From Ranitomeya imitator (lineage: Eukaryota): a DNA stretch of 64,000 bases. Position 1 is the first letter of the stretch. Each line of letters begins with the position of its first letter. Made by a program: the position numbers and the translations under genes. The stretch covers positions 1,105,274,001 to 1,105,338,000 of the forward strand of contig NC_091282.1 in assembly GCF_032444005.1 (NCBI RefSeq), read 5' to 3'. The notes beneath the pieces are model-generated. The model was given only the letters and a program-made list of their open reading frames with translations. It did no database searches and was not told where the DNA came from. Positions 59,730 through 64,000 of this stretch are shown here, piece by piece.

Positions 59730-62431
59730 CCGAGTGCTCCCGTGGATGGGGTAGTTGGGTGAGATAGCTGCCAGCTGAACAGTAACTTGTCCGTTGCTTG
59801 CTAATGAGTGTGGCCAGCTACAGTGCCTCCACTCTTACTGCATACAAGAGCATAGTCTACTATACCATTGCAGACATAGGCATTCGGTTAAACCACATGT
59901 TCCGTGCAATCTACGGTAGATTTTTTTTGCAATAAGACCCTACATATTCTGCTGTAGCCTTGGAGGCTTTCACTGGAGATGGAGCCAGGAAATACATCTG
60001 GATTATATCTCCAATGGAAGGCTCAAATGTGGTGTGAACAGTCAGCAATCAAAAATTTGGAGAAAAACTCACTTGTGAATACAGAATACAGGGTTTCATC
60101 GGAGGAAGAAATGAACCTGAGTGTTTGTGCCCAGTCCTAGCAGGAGAGTTCTGCCCTTCTGTGAGGCCAAGTTCACACGACTACACTTAATGGTCCATAT
60201 ACAGGATGTGAGGCCTGGACTTTACCATGTGTCCCCCATCCCAAACGAACAGGCTCATATGCGTCTATGATGCTTTAGGCCCGGGGTGAAGCCCTGAAGT
60301 CAGCCCAGACATCGTTACTTGCATATTAACCATGAACTCATGTGCACACGGCCACAGTGATCAGAACTTCTGCCTACTTACTTTGACGTGCAAGAGGTTT
60401 TGTGAAAAGACAGCTAGAAAATCAAGAGAATTTTTAAACATTAAACTGTGTAAAAGAAAAGCTCTATATTAACCAATCACAGCGCAACTTCCATTTTGTG
60501 ATTCACTATTGAAAAAACAAATCCTCTATGTCATTGGTTCCCTGATTGAAAAAGTATAGAAGTCATGGAAGAACAGAAGAACGGTATTGTCACCCGCGGC
60601 GTTCTGTATGACATTACTGAATCGTTCAGACGTGAAGCGCTGCTCGTTAGTCTCTGTTAATAATATATAGTCGCTGGACACGAGCTTATAAATAATTCCC
60701 AGGCTTTCACACCTTCCAGTTTCACTCATTAGTGATAACGAGACTGATGGCGTCTGGAGTCTTCTGTGTTCTTCAGAGTATGATTAACAATAATCAGATG
60801 CCAGTAATATCCTCCATATTTGTAGCTAAAGACCTTGTGGCTTCCAGGATGCACAATTTTATTTTTTAAACTGCACTCTACAAAGTGTTCACTTACCATA
60901 CAGAGGTTATCCTCTACTCTTATGCTGATGACCTATCCCAAAGACAGATCATCAGCATAAGATCGGGGGTGTCCAACACCTGAAACTCCCACTAGGTAGA
61001 GCAGCTCAGCTCCTATTGAAGAGAATACTAGCTAATCTGCAGCACCCAGCAATGGATGATGTACAGAGCTGTGCTCTTCTGCTTTATACATTGTTTAAAT
61101 CTGACCCCTGCAAGAGTTGATATCGGCTGATTGGTGGGGAGGCCCGATGTAGACCCCCCAAGATCTTATGTTGATGACATTTCTTAAGGATAGGTTTTCT
61201 ATAGCGTTGGTGCAAATCGGTTTCCAGGGACAGGCCCATCGACCACGTTAGTAATCTGCGACCGCTGGATGGGACCCCTGAGAACCACCTCCTACCTCAC
61301 GGCATCTGAGGTTCTTTGTCAAGTTGGCTGGCGCGATGTCATTGCTGCAGTGCAATACACATGTGACTACCAGGCTGGCTAATCAGAAGAAGAGCCGCAG
61401 ACGCCAGGAGGCGATTATCAGGGCCTTCATCCAGGGACAAGATGTTACCGACATGGCCAGTGGACCCGGTCCTGTGAATCGATTCACACCAACTCGAGTC
61501 TTCAGTATATAAGTAGTGGAAAACACCTTTTTATTTTTTTTTGCCATCAGCTGTGTAGTATGAATAATGTTTTCTCTATGTTTTATCAATGCTGCATGAT
61601 AAAAACAATTTACACAAAAAGTGACCGAGCTGGGGGAGAGCTTTTTTTTTTGCAGAATGAGCGGTAGCTTTTATACGTGACATTTTTGAGGTATGTATTT
61701 TTTGAATTGCCTTTTTATGATGTTTTTTTTTTTTTGGTGAGCTGGAGCAAGCAAAAAATAGTACTTTTGATCAGGTTAAAAAAAAATTTGATAATTTAAT
61801 ATTGTGGATTGTTACAGGTTCAGTAATGATGTGCATTTTTATATTTTTAAATTGATAAAGTATTTTTTAATGGGCAAAATTGTCGTTTGAGGTTTTTTTT
61901 TCCAGAATTTAATTTTTTTTTAGATTTTTTTTTGTTTTGGCTGCACTAGGTTATTTGAACTTCAGTGAGTTTGATCGCTCATGTAATCACATAATAGACT
62001 GCCATACTTACTACGTAACACTGACAGGCAAACTATTAGAACATGCCTCTGGAACAGGCGTCGCACGATTACAGTCATGTAAGCCATGGTAAACCAACTC
62101 CCATGGTGGAGCCTTTAGGGACCACAGTATCTAAAGGGTTAAACTGCTGGGGTCGTGGCTAGCAGAGCATAGCTAAGTAACATAGTCTTAACATTAAAAA
62201 GGCAAAAAGGAATATCCACTGCGCTCCCAGGCAACATGTCTCAGACCTACATGGTCTTTTGTCAAGCCTTGTACCGTGTCGTGAAACATGTGGCCTGGGA
62301 GCGCAGTGGATATTCCTTTTTTGCCTTTTTTTTTTGTGCTGTTGTGTTCAACCTTTTTTTGTGCCTTTTATACAACTGGATCAATAAAACAATTCCTTTA
62401 AGCTGATGCGAGTGCTGGCTATCATTTGGAC

Positions 62432-63571
62432 CAGGGCCGGCTCCAGGTTTTTGAGGGCCCCGGGCGAAAGAGTCTCAGTGGGCCCCCCCCCCCTTTAACA
62501 CATACCACGATTCATGATGCCCAGATACAGCAGAGAAATATAGGTATAGTCCAATGCCATAATTCACTTCTTACATGAGTGATAGCTATTGTAAATTCTG
62601 CAGTGTATATATACAGGACAGGAGGAGTGGTGCTGTGCGGTGTATATATACAGGACAGGAGGAGTGGTGCTGTGCGGTGTATATATACAGGAGAGAGGTA
62701 CTGTGCGGAGTATATATAGAGGGGAGTGGTACTGTGCAGTTTATATATACAGGGGAGAGGTACTGTGTGGTGTATATATACAGGACAGGAGGAGTGGTAC
62801 TGTGCGGAGTATATATAGAGGGGAGTGGTACTGTGCGGTGTATATATACAGGGGAGAGGTACTGTGCGGTGTATATATACAGGGGAGAGGTATTGTGCGG
62901 TGTATATATACAGGGGAGAGGTACTGTGCGGTGTATATATACAGGGGAGAGGTACTGTGCGGTGTATATATACAGGGGAGAGGTACTGTGCGGTGTATAT
63001 ATACAGGGGAGAGGTACTGTGCAGTGCATATATACAGGGGAGAGGTACTGTGCAGTGTATATATACAGGGGAGAGGTACTGTGCAGTGTATATATACAGG
63101 GGAGAGGTACTGTGCAGTGTATATATACAGGGGAGAGGTACTGTGCGGTGTATATATACAGGGGAGAGGTACTGTGCGGTGTATATATACAGGGGAGAGG
63201 TACTGTGCGGTGTATATATACAGGGGAGAGGTACTGTGTAGTGCATATATACAGGGGAGAGGTACTGTGCGGTGTATATATACAGGGGAGAGGTACTTTG
63301 CAGTATATATATACAGGGGAGAGGTACTGTGCGGTGTATATACAGGGGAAAGGTACTGTGCAGTGTATATATACAGGGGAGAGGTACTGTGCGGTGTATA
63401 TATACAGGGGAGAGGTACTGTGCAGTGTATATATACAGGGGAGAGGTACTGTGCGGTGTATATACTTCAACAGCCGCCCAGCCCAGGCCCCCAGCACCTG
63501 TCCTGTATATATATTATATACACTGTATCTATACAGGCTGTGCTGGGGGCCTGGGCTGGGCGGCTGCTGTA

Positions 63572-63618
<47 letters not shown>

Positions 63619-64000
63619 AGCTGCAGCCTCCCAGCCCATGGCCGCCCCCCAAGGTCACCCAGACTGTCAGAATATACAGCGATATAGCATGGCACTCACT
63701 CAGGTGCTGGTAGCAGCTCCTCCAGTCCGGAATCTGCCTGTGCCTGATTAGTTCAGCACTGCACACAGCCAGGAGAGCAGAGCAGGAGAACTCTCCGCCC
63801 ACAATGTCACGCTGGCTGTGTCCTTAACCCCTATGTGCCTGGCCCTGCACTGACTGAGAAGATGCTTGTGCCAGGCAGGGCAAATTGAAAGGGTAGAAAG
63901 GGTTAAAGCGGCCAGATGGATGTATGACTGCGTGAGTGGGCCCCCCTGTCTTGTCAGGGCCCCGGCACTTGCCCGGGTGCGTCGGGTGCTGACGCCGGCC
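62432..64000. mobile_element. hAT-type non-autonomous element running to the window edge
   Basis: Starts cagggccggc; window ends gccggcc, consistent with the right TIR; subterminal gggcccc motifs at both ends; TSD not visible. Confidence 0.65.
62604..63465. repeat. 31-bp minisatellite, about 27 copies, inside the hAT-type element
   Basis: (gtgtatatatacaggggagaggtactgtgcg)n; (TA)n at about 63572-63615. Confidence 0.95.

Noticed and set aside
60526-60729. 67-aa minus-strand ORF in unique sequence
   Set aside because: No recognisable motif or convincing splice sites.
62512-63751. Several 140-370-aa ORFs
   Set aside because: Products of the 31-bp minisatellite and (TA)n.

Overview
Vertebrate genomic DNA, most likely anuran (inferred from the repeat families and the protein). 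The window holds a complete, intact 12-exon UFSP2 gene (Ufm1-specific protease 2, 466 aa, minus strand, ATG 52834, stop 5900; every intron GT-AG). Its CpG-rich promoter at about 52.6-53.3 kb looks bidirectional. Nearly everything else is transposon or tandem repeat: L2 and CR1 LINE relics, five Tc1 elements (one with an intact 340-aa DD34E transposase), Harbinger-, Kolobok/T2-, pogo- and hAT-type MITEs, a non-autonomous Helitron, and mini/satellites. The standout is a very young Neptune-clade Penelope-like element (PLE) in UFSP2 intron 10 (12848-21694). It is a head-to-head palindrome with near-identical 4-kb arms, flanked by a 16-bp target-site duplication (TSD). It has an intact RT + GIY-YIG ORF joined to an upstream RGG-rich ORF by an overlapping TAATG stop-start, and a 2-kb 3' region carrying a hammerhead ribozyme, a TTAGGG/TAGGG cluster and a duplicated stem-loop. 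The same geometry (TSD, inverted 3' piece, forward piece, short tail, TSD) recurs in at least two unrelated older insertions here. All coordinates were read by eye; repeat boundaries may be off by a few bases.
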